A stretch of 64,000 nucleotides of DNA from an uncultured Nitrososphaerales archaeon (GCA_963695855.1 CAVOHZ010000010.1:544001-608000); one strand, 5' to 3'; positions 40,572 through 51,390 are shown, counted from the first letter of the stretch. Numbers and translations: made by a program. The notes: a model not told the origin generated them from the sequence alone.

Positions 40572-41081
40572 ATGAATAATGACCAAAATAGAGATGCTTA
40601 TAGATGGCTACATGGAAATATTTTACGAAAACCGATTAATTTTAGTTGGGTCGTAGATAGGAGGTTAGCAGGATGTGGATTGCCCACAACTAGAGAAGAA
40701 TGTGAGTGGTTAGTAAACATAATGGGAATAAAAAGTATAATAACTGTTAGGGAAGAACCTCTTCCAAAAAGTTGGATTATGAAGTATAAAATAGAATATC
40801 TTCATCTCAAGGTTGATGATTTTAGTTCTCCAACCATAGAAGAATTAGATAACACAGTAGATTATATGATAGATAAAATTGATGAAGACAAACCCATACT
40901 AGTACACTGCTTGGCTGGGAAGGGAAGGACAGGGACAGTATTAGCTGGATATATAATAAAGAACGAAAAGATCAATGCACAGATGGCAATAGAAAAAGTT
41001 AGGATGTTACGTCCCGGATCTATACAGACAGACCAACAAGAAAACACATTGTATCATTACGAGAATTTCATCAAACAGTAA
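40572..41081 (+). CDS. Dual-specificity protein phosphatase
   Basis: VHCLAGKGRTG (CX5R), DDFSSP, RPGSIQT..Q. Confidence 0.93.
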   Translation: MNNDQNRDAYRWLHGNILRKPINFSWVVDRRLAGCGLPTTREECEWLVNIMGIKSIITVREEPLPKSWIMKYKIEYLHLKVDDFSSPTIEELDNTVDYMIDKIDEDKPILVHCLAGKGRTGTVLAGYIIKNEKINAQMAIEKVRMLRPGSIQTDQQENTLYHYENFIKQ

Positions 41082-41085
41082 GACA

Positions 41086-41232
41086 TCATTCAGGTAAAGA
41101 TTCCGAAACTATCTTTCCATTTTCATTCTTAATAAAAAGATATCTATTATCTTTGAAAATGAATGTCAATTCATCACTTTTTATCTCGATATCCAAAAGT
41201 TCCTGTCCTTTTATTCCATCAAATTTAGCCAT
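41086..41232 (-). CDS. 48-aa hypothetical micro-protein (not in ORF track)
   Basis: MAKFDGIKGQELLDIEIKSDELTFIFKDNRYLFIKNENGKIVSESLPE; ends 4 nt from the convergent phosphatase stop; TTTATA about 30 nt upstream. Confidence 0.65.
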   Translation of the reverse strand: MAKFDGIKGQELLDIEIKSDELTFIFKDNRYLFIKNENGKIVSESLPE

Positions 41233-41344
41233 CACTACCAAATATTTCTTACATTTTTATAAATTTAGCTTAAAAGATGATACGGCTAGAGTCAAAAATA
41301 TTAATATTTTATATGTTTATTTGTTATGAAGGTTTGGTTATTTG

Positions 41345-41863
41345 TTATGAGATTATTTCAATTTGCTCTTGGTTTGATCTTCCTTCTAGTTTTAGTGCTC
41401 CAGTAAAATTATGTTTTCCCCAAGATACTCGGACATCTGCATGAAAATTATATATTCCCTGATTCAAATCAGATATCCTAAATTCTATTATCTTGTTTAC
41501 ATCAAATAATAATGATATAGATTCTTGTTCGGATAATGGATAGAATGGAGAGTCATCTTTGACAATTGCCACCCAAATTCTATGCTGAATTTTGGGATTC
41601 CTTGCCCAGAAAAAGATTGCTTTACGTAGGAATTTAACTGAATGAATTGTCTTCTTTCCTACTTTAATATCTGCATCTATCATTATCCGGAAAGTGTTAT
41701 CAAATTTATTATATGCTTTTTCCCAAGTCGATTGAGTAAATAAATCACGAATAACGCCATTTATCTTAAAACTCAGGTTTAGTGAAATTGGTTCATTAAT
41801 TGAAATTTTGTCCTTTGTTTTAGTTAGTACTATATTCTCTAATCTGTTATTACTTTGCGCCAA
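41345..41863 (-). CDS. Hypothetical beta-rich protein (172 aa)
   Basis: Long ORF divergent from rpoL; no recognised motif. Confidence 0.75.
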   Translation of the reverse strand: MAQSNNRLENIVLTKTKDKISINEPISLNLSFKINGVIRDLFTQSTWEKAYNKFDNTFRIMIDADIKVGKKTIHSVKFLRKAIFFWARNPKIQHRIWVAIVKDDSPFYPLSEQESISLLFDVNKIIEFRISDLNQGIYNFHADVRVSWGKHNFTGALKLEGRSNQEQIEIIS

Positions 41864-41917
41864 TTACTAAATACTATTTGGTATGATTTATATCCTAAAT
41901 AAGTACTTCACTTTTTA

Positions 41918-42205
41918 ATGCAGGCAGAGATATCAAATTTAACCGATACAGAAATTGAACTAAAATTAAAAGATGAAGATATTTCAATATTATATATTAT
42001 TCAACATCATATTCTTAATGAAAAAGGAGTAGAATTTGCTGGAGTTATAGTTAAACATCCTTTAATAAAGGAATTTTTGTTAAAGATAACATCTAAAGAT
42101 AACCCCATGAATATTCTGGAAAAATCGATACAAATGGCAAACGACTTTGCAAAGAATTTTTCTGATTCAGTTGAATCAATTTTCAAGCAGGCGAAAATAA
42201 CATGA
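41918..42205 (+). CDS. rpoL: DNA-directed RNA polymerase subunit Rpo11 (L)
   Basis: VEFAGVIVKHPL motif; upstream of TFS and PCNA. Confidence 0.88.
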   Translation: MQAEISNLTDTEIELKLKDEDISILYIIQHHILNEKGVEFAGVIVKHPLIKEFLLKITSKDNPMNILEKSIQMANDFAKNFSDSVESIFKQAKIT

Positions 42206-42546
42206 AATTTTGTCCGAACTGTGAAACAAGAATGAGATTGAAGTTTGACGAAAATCAGGTTATTTGCCCAAAATGTGATTTCAGAGTAGACGGCAATATC
42301 AACGGCATTAACCTAAATACAAGCTCAGTTACTGGAAATACCGCCACAATTCAGGAAGGAAACGCATTAAGAATAATGGATGGTGAAAATAATGGTGAAA
42401 TTTTACCAACGATCAACATTGATTGTCCTAAATGTAACAATAATTTAGCCGTTTGGTGGATGCTGCAAACTAGATCTGCAGATGAGGCAACAACCCAATT
42501 CTACAGATGTTCTAAATGTAACCACACATGGAGAAACTACTCATAA
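42202..42546 (+). CDS. tfs: Transcription factor S (TFS)
   Basis: MKFCPNC N-terminal ribbon; CPKC..LQTRSADE..FYRCSKC. Confidence 0.95.
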   Translation: MKFCPNCETRMRLKFDENQVICPKCDFRVDGNINGINLNTSSVTGNTATIQEGNALRIMDGENNGEILPTINIDCPKCNNNLAVWWMLQTRSADEATTQFYRCSKCNHTWRNYS

Positions 42547-42659
42547 AGTTAAAAACTTGGTTTTTTTCAAAAATGATTGGCAAAACAGAAATAATTTTTT
42601 ATTTTTCAGCAATAGGAAGATTTAAAGTTCTCAAAACATAGCCAAAACATAGATTTAGA

Positions 42660-43412
42660 TTGATTTTTGTAGCAACGACAAAAACACCTGAAGAATGGAA
42701 AGCAATAGCTTCCGCTATCTCCACATTGGTGGATGAGGCTACTTTTGAAGCTTCAATAGAGGGGATATCTTTTAGGGGAATGGATCCATCCCATGTTGCC
42801 CTTATTGATATTTTCTGGCCTAATTCGGCTTTTGAAAAATATGAAAGTGACTCACTTGTAAAATTTGGAGTAAGGATAGACGAATTTTCAAAATTAATAA
42901 AAAGATCTGAGAAAAAAGATTCAGTCGAGATATCGATTGACCAAAATAGTATGTTATCAATTAAAATACAAAATGGATATAAAAAAGAATACAAAATGCG
43001 TTTGATTGAGAGTTCTTCTAGTTCAACTCCCTTGCCAAAATTAAGTTTTAATTCTAAAATTATTTTATCCTCTAATGCTTTTGATAAAATCCTTTCAGAT
43101 ATTCAAGTCCTATCAGAATACATAACAATAGATGCTGGGCCTGAGACCGTTAGTTTTCTCGGAAGAGGGGATTCTGGAGAAGTAAATATACTCCTGGAAC
43201 CAAAAAGCGAAGGTTTAGAAGAATTAACTTCAAAGGAAGACAGTTTAGCTACGTATAGCATAGATTACCTCTTGAAAATTACTAAAGCTATTAGCAGTGT
43301 TGGTGGTTCAGTTATTGCAGAATATTCAAGTAAGATGCCATTACGATTAGAGTTTACTGTAGCGAGTTTAGGAAGAATTCATTTTTATCTTGCTCCACGA
43401 ATTCAAGATTGA
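42660..43412 (+). CDS. pcn: DNA polymerase sliding clamp PCNA
   Basis: MDPSHVALID, MPLRLEF, FYLAPR. Confidence 0.96.
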   Translation: MIFVATTKTPEEWKAIASAISTLVDEATFEASIEGISFRGMDPSHVALIDIFWPNSAFEKYESDSLVKFGVRIDEFSKLIKRSEKKDSVEISIDQNSMLSIKIQNGYKKEYKMRLIESSSSSTPLPKLSFNSKIILSSNAFDKILSDIQVLSEYITIDAGPETVSFLGRGDSGEVNILLEPKSEGLEELTSKEDSLATYSIDYLLKITKAISSVGGSVIAEYSSKMPLRLEFTVASLGRIHFYLAPRIQD

Positions 43413-43522
43413 AATTAGTGACAATATCATAATATTATCATATTTATTTTGATTATTATTATTTTATTGATAAATTAATTTTATCGAAGGATTAATCTAG
43501 GAAACAAGAAAATATAACAGCT

Positions 43523-44920
43523 ATGCGAATTGTAATGAAGTTTGGTGGTACTTTGCTTGATAATGAAGATAAACTCCGAAACGTAATAAACGTCATAAGC
43601 TCATATTATTCCGAAGGCAACAATGTTGTTGTAATAATTTCTGCTCTAAATGGAATAACTGATAAAATTTTGGATTTATGTAAAGATATTAAAAAAATTA
43701 ATAAGAATATTATCAATAATTTTGTCGATAATATCGAAACAATTCATGCAAGTCTGATAGATAAATTAATCACTAATGCAGAAAGAAAGACTGAAATATT
43801 GGAAATCATAGCAAATCTGCTAAACGAATTCAAAGAAATTTTAGTAGGAATTTCGATTTTAGGAGAGATAACTCCAAAATCTAGAGACTACCTAGTATCT
43901 TTTGGCGAGAGGCTATCAACACCAATGGTGTCTTTTTCGTTAATGGATAAAGGATTAAAATCAGAATTTTTTAATGGAAAAGAAATAGGAATCCTGACTG
44001 ATTCAAATTATGGAGATGCCAAGCCCCTTATGGATACAACAAAATTAAGGGTCCGTCACAAGATAGAACCGTTAATTGCAGAAAAAATAATCCCAGTCAT
44101 AACAGGATTTATTGGCTGTGATCAAAATGGAAATATTACTACCATAGGTAGAGGGGGTTCAGACTATTCTGCTACTATCATAGCTGCCAGCATAAATGCT
44201 GATGAGGTCTGGTTATGGAGTGACACTGATGGATTAATGACTGCAGATCCGAAGATAGTAGAGAATGTCATGATGATTGATGAGTTATCTTTTTCGGAGG
44301 CATTAGAGTTATCGATGTTTGGTCCAAAGTACATGCATCCAAGAGCACTTGAACCTGTAATGGATTCGAAAATAGCCTTGAGAATTAGGAACATAAATAA
44401 TTTAAAAAATAGTGGTACCGTGATTCTACAAAATCCATTGAAAAATTCAACAAGAACAGTAAAGTCTATCACAGCTATAGGAGATACAGCATTAATAGAT
44501 GTCAGCGGAGGGGGGCTAATTGGATATCCTGGTACTGCTGCAAAAATTTTTGATGCACTTGCTAAGAATCAAGTAAATATAATGATGATCTCACAGACAC
44601 CTTCTGAATCCAGTATTTCTATTGTAGTAAAAAAAAATGATTTGGATAAGGCTATTACAACGCTGGAATTGAACTTTCTTGGCAAGTTAATCAAAAGAAT
44701 AGACGTGAATGAAAATGTTGCGATAATAGCAGTAGTGGGATCTGGAATGAGAGGAATAAAAGGCGTGGCAGCAAGAACATTTGGTGCGGTGGCAAAAAAC
44801 AATATTAATGTAATAATGATCGCTCAAGGCTCTTCAGAATTGAACTTGGCTTTTGTAATAGAGGAAAACTATCGTAACAAAGCTGTTAAAGCTTTACATC
44901 TAGAATTTATAGGCAAGTGA
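43523..44920 (+). CDS. lysC: Aspartate kinase with two ACT domains
   Basis: VMKFGGT, SFGERLS, GRGGSDYSA, DGLMTADP, SELN. Confidence 0.95.
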   Translation: MRIVMKFGGTLLDNEDKLRNVINVISSYYSEGNNVVVIISALNGITDKILDLCKDIKKINKNIINNFVDNIETIHASLIDKLITNAERKTEILEIIANLLNEFKEILVGISILGEITPKSRDYLVSFGERLSTPMVSFSLMDKGLKSEFFNGKEIGILTDSNYGDAKPLMDTTKLRVRHKIEPLIAEKIIPVITGFIGCDQNGNITTIGRGGSDYSATIIAASINADEVWLWSDTDGLMTADPKIVENVMMIDELSFSEALELSMFGPKYMHPRALEPVMDSKIALRIRNINNLKNSGTVILQNPLKNSTRTVKSITAIGDTALIDVSGGGLIGYPGTAAKIFDALAKNQVNIMMISQTPSESSISIVVKKNDLDKAITTLELNFLGKLIKRIDVNENVAIIAVVGSGMRGIKGVAARTFGAVAKNNINVIMIAQGSSELNLAFVIEENYRNKAVKALHLEFIGK

Positions 44921-44981
44921 ATTCAAGAAAAAACATAAAGAGATAAATTTTGTTGAATTGTAGGTAGATTTAAGAATTTAG

Positions 44982-45773
44982 TTGAATGGAAAATTATATG
45001 TGGTGGGAGTAGGACCTGGAAGTCATGATCATATGACATTTCGCGCTAAAAAAGTAATAGAAGAAAGTCAGATAATTGTAGGATATGAAACTTATGTATC
45101 ACTAGTTGAGGACTTGATTGAAGGTAAGGAAGTATATCGATATGCAATGACACAAGAGGTGGATAGAGCAAATCAGGCCATACGATTTGCTGAAGACGGA
45201 AAAATTGTTTCACTTGTATCATCTGGAGATCCAGGAATTTATGGGATGATAGGTTTGATCTATGAAATTTTAGCTGAAAAAGGATGGAGCCGAGAAGATG
45301 GTATTTACGTTGAATGTGTTCCTGGGGTGTCTTCATTGAATTCATGTGGAGCTCTAGTAGGATCGCCTTTGATGACAGATTTTGCTGTAGTTAGTATGAG
45401 TGATTTATTAGTCCCGTGGGAAATGATAGTGAAAAGAGTGGAGGCAGCAGCTATTGGTGACTATGTTACTGTAATTTATAACCCAGCGAGTAAAAAGAGA
45501 ATACATCAATTAAAAGATACAAGAGACATTTTCCTAAAACATAGAAGTGCTACTACTCCTGTTGCAATTGTAAAAGGAGCTTACAGAGAAAGTCAAAATA
45601 TCGTAATAACTGATTTAGAAAATATGTTAGGCTATGATGAGATGATAGGAATGATTACTACAATAATAATCGGAAATTCTTCAACTTTTAATTATAAAGA
45701 CATGATGATAAATCCTAGAGGATATAAATCAAAATACCAATTGATTAAACCCTCAAATATCAAATCTGCATAA
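44982..45773 (+). CDS. cbiH: Cobalt-precorrin-3B C17-methyltransferase
   Basis: VVGVGPG, SSGDPGIYGM, SMSDLLVPW, YNPAS, NPRGY. Confidence 0.93.
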   Translation: MNGKLYVVGVGPGSHDHMTFRAKKVIEESQIIVGYETYVSLVEDLIEGKEVYRYAMTQEVDRANQAIRFAEDGKIVSLVSSGDPGIYGMIGLIYEILAEKGWSREDGIYVECVPGVSSLNSCGALVGSPLMTDFAVVSMSDLLVPWEMIVKRVEAAAIGDYVTVIYNPASKKRIHQLKDTRDIFLKHRSATTPVAIVKGAYRESQNIVITDLENMLGYDEMIGMITTIIIGNSSTFNYKDMMINPRGYKSKYQLIKPSNIKSA

Positions 45774-45866
45774 TTTCCTTTTATTATATTTTAATAATTA
45801 TTAAAATATCATTTTTATTTAATATCGATTAAAAATAATGTTCACCAAAAATACTAAATAAAAAGA

Positions 45867-46913
45867 TTATTCAAAATTTGGTTCACGATTTTTAAAATGT
45901 CTTCTTATTGGATCTAACACTTTATCGAGATAAATTGCTACTGATTGTTTCAGATCTTGTGGATGAATTTTTTTGTTAACATAATCATTTTCTAATTTGG
46001 GATATTCTTCATATGTAATATTTCCTCCATACTTTTCAGGACGTTCTATTATAATTTCTCCCATTTCTCTAAAAATAATATATTTCATTATTTCTAGAAC
46101 TGGGTTATTCTCTGAAATTCCAATCGGACAAAATGCTTTTTTAATCTTATTTTCTATACTTGTTGTATCATCATGAATAAAAATACTTCCAGTTGGTTTA
46201 CTTTTGCTCATTTTACTAGAAATTTTTAGATCATCTTTGTTGTCCTCTGTAAGTCCTAGAGTTACAGGTTCCAAGAGTCCAGGTAATAAGTGATGATGAA
46301 GACTAATGGGAACTTTCCATTTTAATTTAGGAAAAATTTCTCTTACCAGCATGTGGATCTTTCTTTGATCGGTTCCTGCATGAACAAGGTCGAGATCAAG
46401 AGCATGGATGTCAGTTGACTGCATGGCTGGATAGAGGAATTGTGAAAAATTGAGGTTATCTTTCTCTGTTCTACCCATGATAGTCAAAGAGCGAATTGTT
46501 CTTGGTAAAGTTATCTGCTTACAAAAATTCATAAAACTTTTCCAATAATCATCGTTGGATCTGTATAAGTTACTACCTAATACAAAATTCACTCCAGGAC
46601 AGAAGAAATGAAAGGCCATTTTATAATAGTCAGAGATTTCTTGGATTTTGTCCCAATCACTATTCAATTTATTATTAATAAATGTATGCCAATCCGCTAA
46701 AAATACGGTTGTATGAAAATTCGCTTTGATAAGGTCATTTATCTTGAAACCTGTTAGGAGAAGACTTCCAAGATGGAGTTTGCCAGAAATTTCAAGTCCT
46801 ATGTAATGTTTAGGTCTTGACACTGTTTGTAATAAGTTTCTTAGCTCTCCCATCGTAATTATTTCTTCTGTTGGTCCTTTTAGGACAAGAGAAATTCGTC
46901 CTTCTAAATCCAT
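45867..46913 (-). CDS. tyrS: Tyrosine--tRNA ligase (archaeal type)
   Basis: YIGLEISGKLHLG (HIGH-like), YPAMQ..D, GTDQRK, KMSKS. Confidence 0.95.
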   Translation of the reverse strand: MDLEGRISLVLKGPTEEIITMGELRNLLQTVSRPKHYIGLEISGKLHLGSLLLTGFKINDLIKANFHTTVFLADWHTFINNKLNSDWDKIQEISDYYKMAFHFFCPGVNFVLGSNLYRSNDDYWKSFMNFCKQITLPRTIRSLTIMGRTEKDNLNFSQFLYPAMQSTDIHALDLDLVHAGTDQRKIHMLVREIFPKLKWKVPISLHHHLLPGLLEPVTLGLTEDNKDDLKISSKMSKSKPTGSIFIHDDTTSIENKIKKAFCPIGISENNPVLEIMKYIIFREMGEIIIERPEKYGGNITYEEYPKLENDYVNKKIHPQDLKQSVAIYLDKVLDPIRRHFKNREPNFE

Positions 46914-47183
46914 ATAACCTTAGGATAAAGTATTAGTAATTAATTTTTGCTCATATCTCAAAATCGCACATTTTGCAATAATCAGTTTGAGTCATGAATA
47001 GAATTAAGAGTACAATCTATAATCGGTAAAGTCTAGTTCATTAGAAACACATATGCCGATTATTATCCACAATATAAAATGTTATTTCCTCAAATAGCAC
47101 CGGATATAGACTTTAGCTAATGATCCTATTGAACTGATTAAATCCAGATGTAGTAGAATTTAATCTTTCTGATAGATAGATTC

Positions 47184-48038
47184 ACTCTTTTTAACAAATG
47201 TTTCAGAAAAGGTTAATGCTGCACAATATCTAATTAGCATGCGTTTTAACCATATCTATTTCCGATGAAAGTTGGTGTACCATTAACCAAGTACTATATT
47301 TCATTATCATTATTCACATACATCTTTGAAGATATGGTTTTTGGCACTGTGCCTGTACTTTGTACTGTTGCCTAGATATTCTATAAGAAAGGTATTGCTT
47401 GAGGTAGTTGTACCAATTTCAAAATGCTATCTATTTATCAGAAAAGTTATGGAAAAGTTATCTTCAACATCATCATCTTCTTCTGCTAAACTTAGTGGTC
47501 TTGCTAAAAATGATGAATTCTATATCAAGGCCGGGACTGAAGGGTAGGCGATATCATGAAGATGGTGAAACAAGGAAGAAACCTAGGAAAAGCGTGCTCA
47601 CCATGGAAGGATAGAGGTTCATTTTACAAGGACCATCCAATGATAACACGAAGTCGCCAAAGGAACGCAATGATATATTTTGATGTTCCTCTATATAGGT
47701 CACTTCTTGGTATTATATACACCAGAATTGAATATGGTTCCACCATATTTACCAATGAATATAGAGCATATGATCATCTGGAAGAACATGGCTTCAAACA
47801 CAAAAGTGTAATGCATTCACAGAAAGAACGAATATGCAAATTGTACGGTTCATATGAAGAATTGTGAATGTGGAAGTGATCTGTACCAGATATGAATAAG
47901 TTCATGGATATGAACAAGTACAATTTACAAGTATATTCCAAAATAATCTAGTTCATTCAGAATAATAAATCCAAGACAAGAAAGGAAAGGTTCATGGAGA
48001 TTCTTATTACAAGCACCTGAAACATTCAAAATAAGAGC
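47184..48038 (+). mobile_element. Decayed IS1595-family element with imperfect terminal inverted repeats
   Basis: Fragments DEFYIKAG, GSTIFTNEYRAYDHL, HKSVMHSQKE; left end ACTCTTTTTAACAAATGTTTCAG (47184-47206) matches the reverse complement of the right end, GCTCTTATTTTGAATGTTTCAG (48017-48038). Confidence 0.75.
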
Positions 48039-48268
48039 AAAGAGATTATTAGATTCAAATTATATTTATAAACGAAACCGAGTATTATTTGTGGTTAGGA
48101 TACTAATATTAAAAAAAATGAAAATAATAATATATTGAATTTTTTTCCTAAAATAACAATAATTTATGAAGAAAATAATATTGCTTTTATAGAAAATTCA
48201 ATTTAATCCTAAAAAAACTAGTAAAAAAAATACGAATATAAGCCTAAAAATATTGTCCTAGTGTAAAA

Positions 48269-49366
48269 ATGAACCTTATGGAATATCAAGGAAAGGAGAT
48301 TTTTAGTTCATATGGTATCAAAATACCTAATTCACGTTTAGCACGAAATGTATACGAAGCAATAGAAGCAGCAAAAGATATTGGTTTTCCTCTTGTATTA
48401 AAGTCACAATTAACGGTGGGAGGAAGAGGAAAAGCAGGTGCAATTTTAAAATGTAGAACGGAGGAAGAAATGAAGCAGAAATTTCAAGAATTAATGAAAA
48501 AAGAGGTTAAAGGGGAGTTGCCGAAAACAATTCTTTTGGAAGAAATGGCAGACATTAGAAAAGAATTTTATTTGTCATTTTTTCTTAACCGTACCAATAG
48601 ATGTTATTCCATAATAGCATCTTCGCAAGGTGGAGTAGAAATTGAGAGTGTTAAGAATAGAATAATAATGGATGTTCCAATAGATGGAATAACTTCTGAC
48701 TTGGCATCACGTGTTGCTAATGATATAGGACTTGCACATAATGAGAAAATTGCTTTTATTGAATTTATTCAAAAATTGTCAAAATTAATTTATGAAAATG
48801 AAGCAGAATTGGCAGAAATCAATCCGCTAGCGCTTCTTGGTGATGGAACTTTTGAAGCACTCGATGCAAAAGTTATACTAGATGATAATGCACTATTCAG
48901 GCATGAAGACTTAAAGAAGTACGAAGAACTTTCCGAACTGGAATCACAAGCTAAAGAAAATGGATTCTCATTTGTTGAATTGGATGGAGACATTGCAATA
49001 ATAGGGAATGGAGCAGGTCTAGTTATGTCAACATTAGATATGGTTACAGATGCAGGTGGGAATGCAGGTGCGTTCCTCGACTTCGGAGGAAGAGCAACCA
49101 CAGAATCCATTTATCAAGCATTAAAAGTAATAAGTAAAGTAGAAAAAATTAAAGTAATACTAGTTAACCTGTACGGAGGGATAGTAAGAACGGATCTAAT
49201 AGCCCAAGCGATTTTAAAAGGATATTATGATAACACAATTCATGTACCGGTATTTGCAAGAATTACTGGAGCAGAATCTGAGAAGGCAAGAGAGATGTTA
49301 AAGGAAAGTAAGGCAAAGTTATTCAATACAGTAGAAGAAGCAATAAATGCAACAGTAAAATATTGA
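48269..49366 (+). CDS. sucC: Succinate--CoA ligase beta subunit
   Basis: L.EYQGK, GGRGKAG, EINPL, GNGAGL. Confidence 0.95.
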   Translation: MNLMEYQGKEIFSSYGIKIPNSRLARNVYEAIEAAKDIGFPLVLKSQLTVGGRGKAGAILKCRTEEEMKQKFQELMKKEVKGELPKTILLEEMADIRKEFYLSFFLNRTNRCYSIIASSQGGVEIESVKNRIIMDVPIDGITSDLASRVANDIGLAHNEKIAFIEFIQKLSKLIYENEAELAEINPLALLGDGTFEALDAKVILDDNALFRHEDLKKYEELSELESQAKENGFSFVELDGDIAIIGNGAGLVMSTLDMVTDAGGNAGAFLDFGGRATTESIYQALKVISKVEKIKVILVNLYGGIVRTDLIAQAILKGYYDNTIHVPVFARITGAESEKAREMLKESKAKLFNTVEEAINATVKY

Positions 49367-49385
49367 GTGAAGTGTTGAAAGTAAA

Positions 49386-50303
49386 ATGAGTAACAAGTTT
49401 GATTTATTTGATATTTTAATAGGAAAGGAAAGCGATGATGATTTTAAGAAAAAACCCGTTATCATTCAAGGAATGACAGGAAGTTTTGGATCCACACACA
49501 CCAGGTTAATGAAAGAATATGGTACCAACATAGTTGCAGGTATTACACCTGGTAAAGGGGGACAATCTTTTGAAGGAATACCAGTTTGTGACACAGTTAA
49601 AGAAGCTCTGGAAGGAACAGATGCCAAAATTTCTGGAATTTTCGTACCTGCACCATTCTTTCTTGGTGCTGCAAAAGAAGCTATAGATAATGGAATAAAG
49701 TTGCTAGTTGCTATTCCAGAACATGTTCCACTTATAGACTCTTTAAAAATTTTAGAATATGCTAAAAAAAAAGGGGCAATAATGGTCGGTCCAAATACTC
49801 CAGGGATTATTGTCCCAGAAGTTATGAAAGTAGGAATAATGCCTGCTAAACCATTTGTCCAAGGATCAACAGCTGTGTTTTCAAGAAGTGGGACGTTAAT
49901 GTATGAAGTATCTCACACATTAACTCAATCAGGATTTGGACAGAGAATTTGCTTCGGAATAGGGGGAGATCCCATAAATGGAACTAACCTAATCGAGGCA
50001 TTTAATCTTGTAAGAGATAAAGACGGTATTAATTCCATAGTGGTTGTTGGAGAGATTGGTGGAGATGCAGAAGAAAAGCTTGCAGAATATATAATATCAA
50101 CAAATTATGAAAAGCCAGTTGTGGCGTATGTCGCTGGCAGAGCTGCACCAAAAGAAAAAAAAATGGGACATGCAGGAGCTATTGTATACGGAAACTATGG
50201 GTCAGCAGAATCAAAAGTCTCAAATTACGCAAGAGCAAACGTACCTGTTGCTAAAAGACCTGGAGAGGTTCCAGATCTTTTAAGAAGCAGACTGAAAAAA
50301 TAG
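49386..50303 (+). CDS. sucD: Succinate--CoA ligase alpha subunit
   Basis: QGMTG, TPGKGG, GPNTPG, SRSGTL, MGHAGA (phospho-His). Confidence 0.96.
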   Translation: MSNKFDLFDILIGKESDDDFKKKPVIIQGMTGSFGSTHTRLMKEYGTNIVAGITPGKGGQSFEGIPVCDTVKEALEGTDAKISGIFVPAPFFLGAAKEAIDNGIKLLVAIPEHVPLIDSLKILEYAKKKGAIMVGPNTPGIIVPEVMKVGIMPAKPFVQGSTAVFSRSGTLMYEVSHTLTQSGFGQRICFGIGGDPINGTNLIEAFNLVRDKDGINSIVVVGEIGGDAEEKLAEYIISTNYEKPVVAYVAGRAAPKEKKMGHAGAIVYGNYGSAESKVSNYARANVPVAKRPGEVPDLLRSRLKK

Positions 50304-50365
50304 GAGTATGAATAATCAAAAAAACAGATGTTTTTTGATTTTTCTATAAAGCATGAAAATTGTAC

Positions 50366-50539
50366 TTGAATACTGAAAAAAGGTTTTGCGATAAATGTAT
50401 GGAAAAAACTGTTCATGAAATAGTGGAGAATGAGGAATCGATTTATACTTACAAACGTAGAAGAATTTATAGATGTCAAAAATGTGGTAAATCTACCTAC
50501 AAGCGAGGTTTAAGACCATCTGCTGAATCAGTATACTAA
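50366..50539 (+). CDS. 57-aa zinc-ribbon micro-protein (not in ORF track)
   Basis: TTG start; MNTEKRFCDKCMEKTVHEIVENEESIYTYKRRRIYRCQKCGKSTYKRGLRPSAESVY with two CxxC. Confidence 0.7.
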   Translation: MNTEKRFCDKCMEKTVHEIVENEESIYTYKRRRIYRCQKCGKSTYKRGLRPSAESVY

Positions 50540-50556
50540 TTAGGATATTATAATGC

Positions 50557-51390
50557 GTGGAAAGTGTATACATGGGAATACTAGAAAATTTAGCTGAAGC
50601 TAGAAAAGTTTATTTCAATAGAATAAAGCCGAAAAGTATCATATCAGAAATAATTCCAAATCATTATTCAGAAAGTTTTCCCATCAATAACCAATTACTT
50701 GATAAATTGCACGAATTTGTAAATTATAATCCGATATATTTTAAAAAAACAAATGTACTCATTAACAATATCGAATTTACATCTTGCGAGGGAGATGTAA
50801 ATACTTTTTACTTAAATGCTAAGAAATATGATACTAGTTATCAACCTTTTTATCCTACATGGATTTTATCAGCACTGTTAATCTGTGAGAGATTAAGAGT
50901 AGATGACATGAAATGTAACGAAATAATAGACATAGGATCAGGGGATGGAAGAATCCCATTTTGTGGAGCATTATTAGGACTATATTCTATTGGATTAGAG
51001 CTGGACAGTAGCCTTAGCCAGCTTCAGAGACATATCTCAGAAAGTACCAAGGTTCCATTCGAAATAATCAATGCGGATGGTTCTGATTACGACTTCTCAA
51101 ATCAAGAATTGTCCAGACCATGTTTTATCATATCTGCATTACCAGAGATGGGAGAGATGTTTGTAGAAAATATTATGAGAAGAATAAATGAGAAAAGAAT
51201 TGAATCTTTTGTAATTATTTTTTTGGCAAGTTCAGTAAAAAGAAGATTTTCAAATGATATGTCTAATTTTGGATGGGGAAAGATAATGGAAAAAAACAAC
51301 TTAAAAATAAATGATTCTTTAAATCTTCCAACACATTGGACAAACGATAACGCCGATGAAACAATATACCTGTTTACGAAGCAAGGATAA
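50557..51390 (+). CDS. Class I SAM-dependent methyltransferase-like protein
   Basis: QPFYPT, IIDIGSGDGRI motif I, GLELD, INAD. Confidence 0.78.
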   Translation: MESVYMGILENLAEARKVYFNRIKPKSIISEIIPNHYSESFPINNQLLDKLHEFVNYNPIYFKKTNVLINNIEFTSCEGDVNTFYLNAKKYDTSYQPFYPTWILSALLICERLRVDDMKCNEIIDIGSGDGRIPFCGALLGLYSIGLELDSSLSQLQRHISESTKVPFEIINADGSDYDFSNQELSRPCFIISALPEMGEMFVENIMRRINEKRIESFVIIFLASSVKRRFSNDMSNFGWGKIMEKNNLKINDSLNLPTHWTNDNADETIYLFTKQG

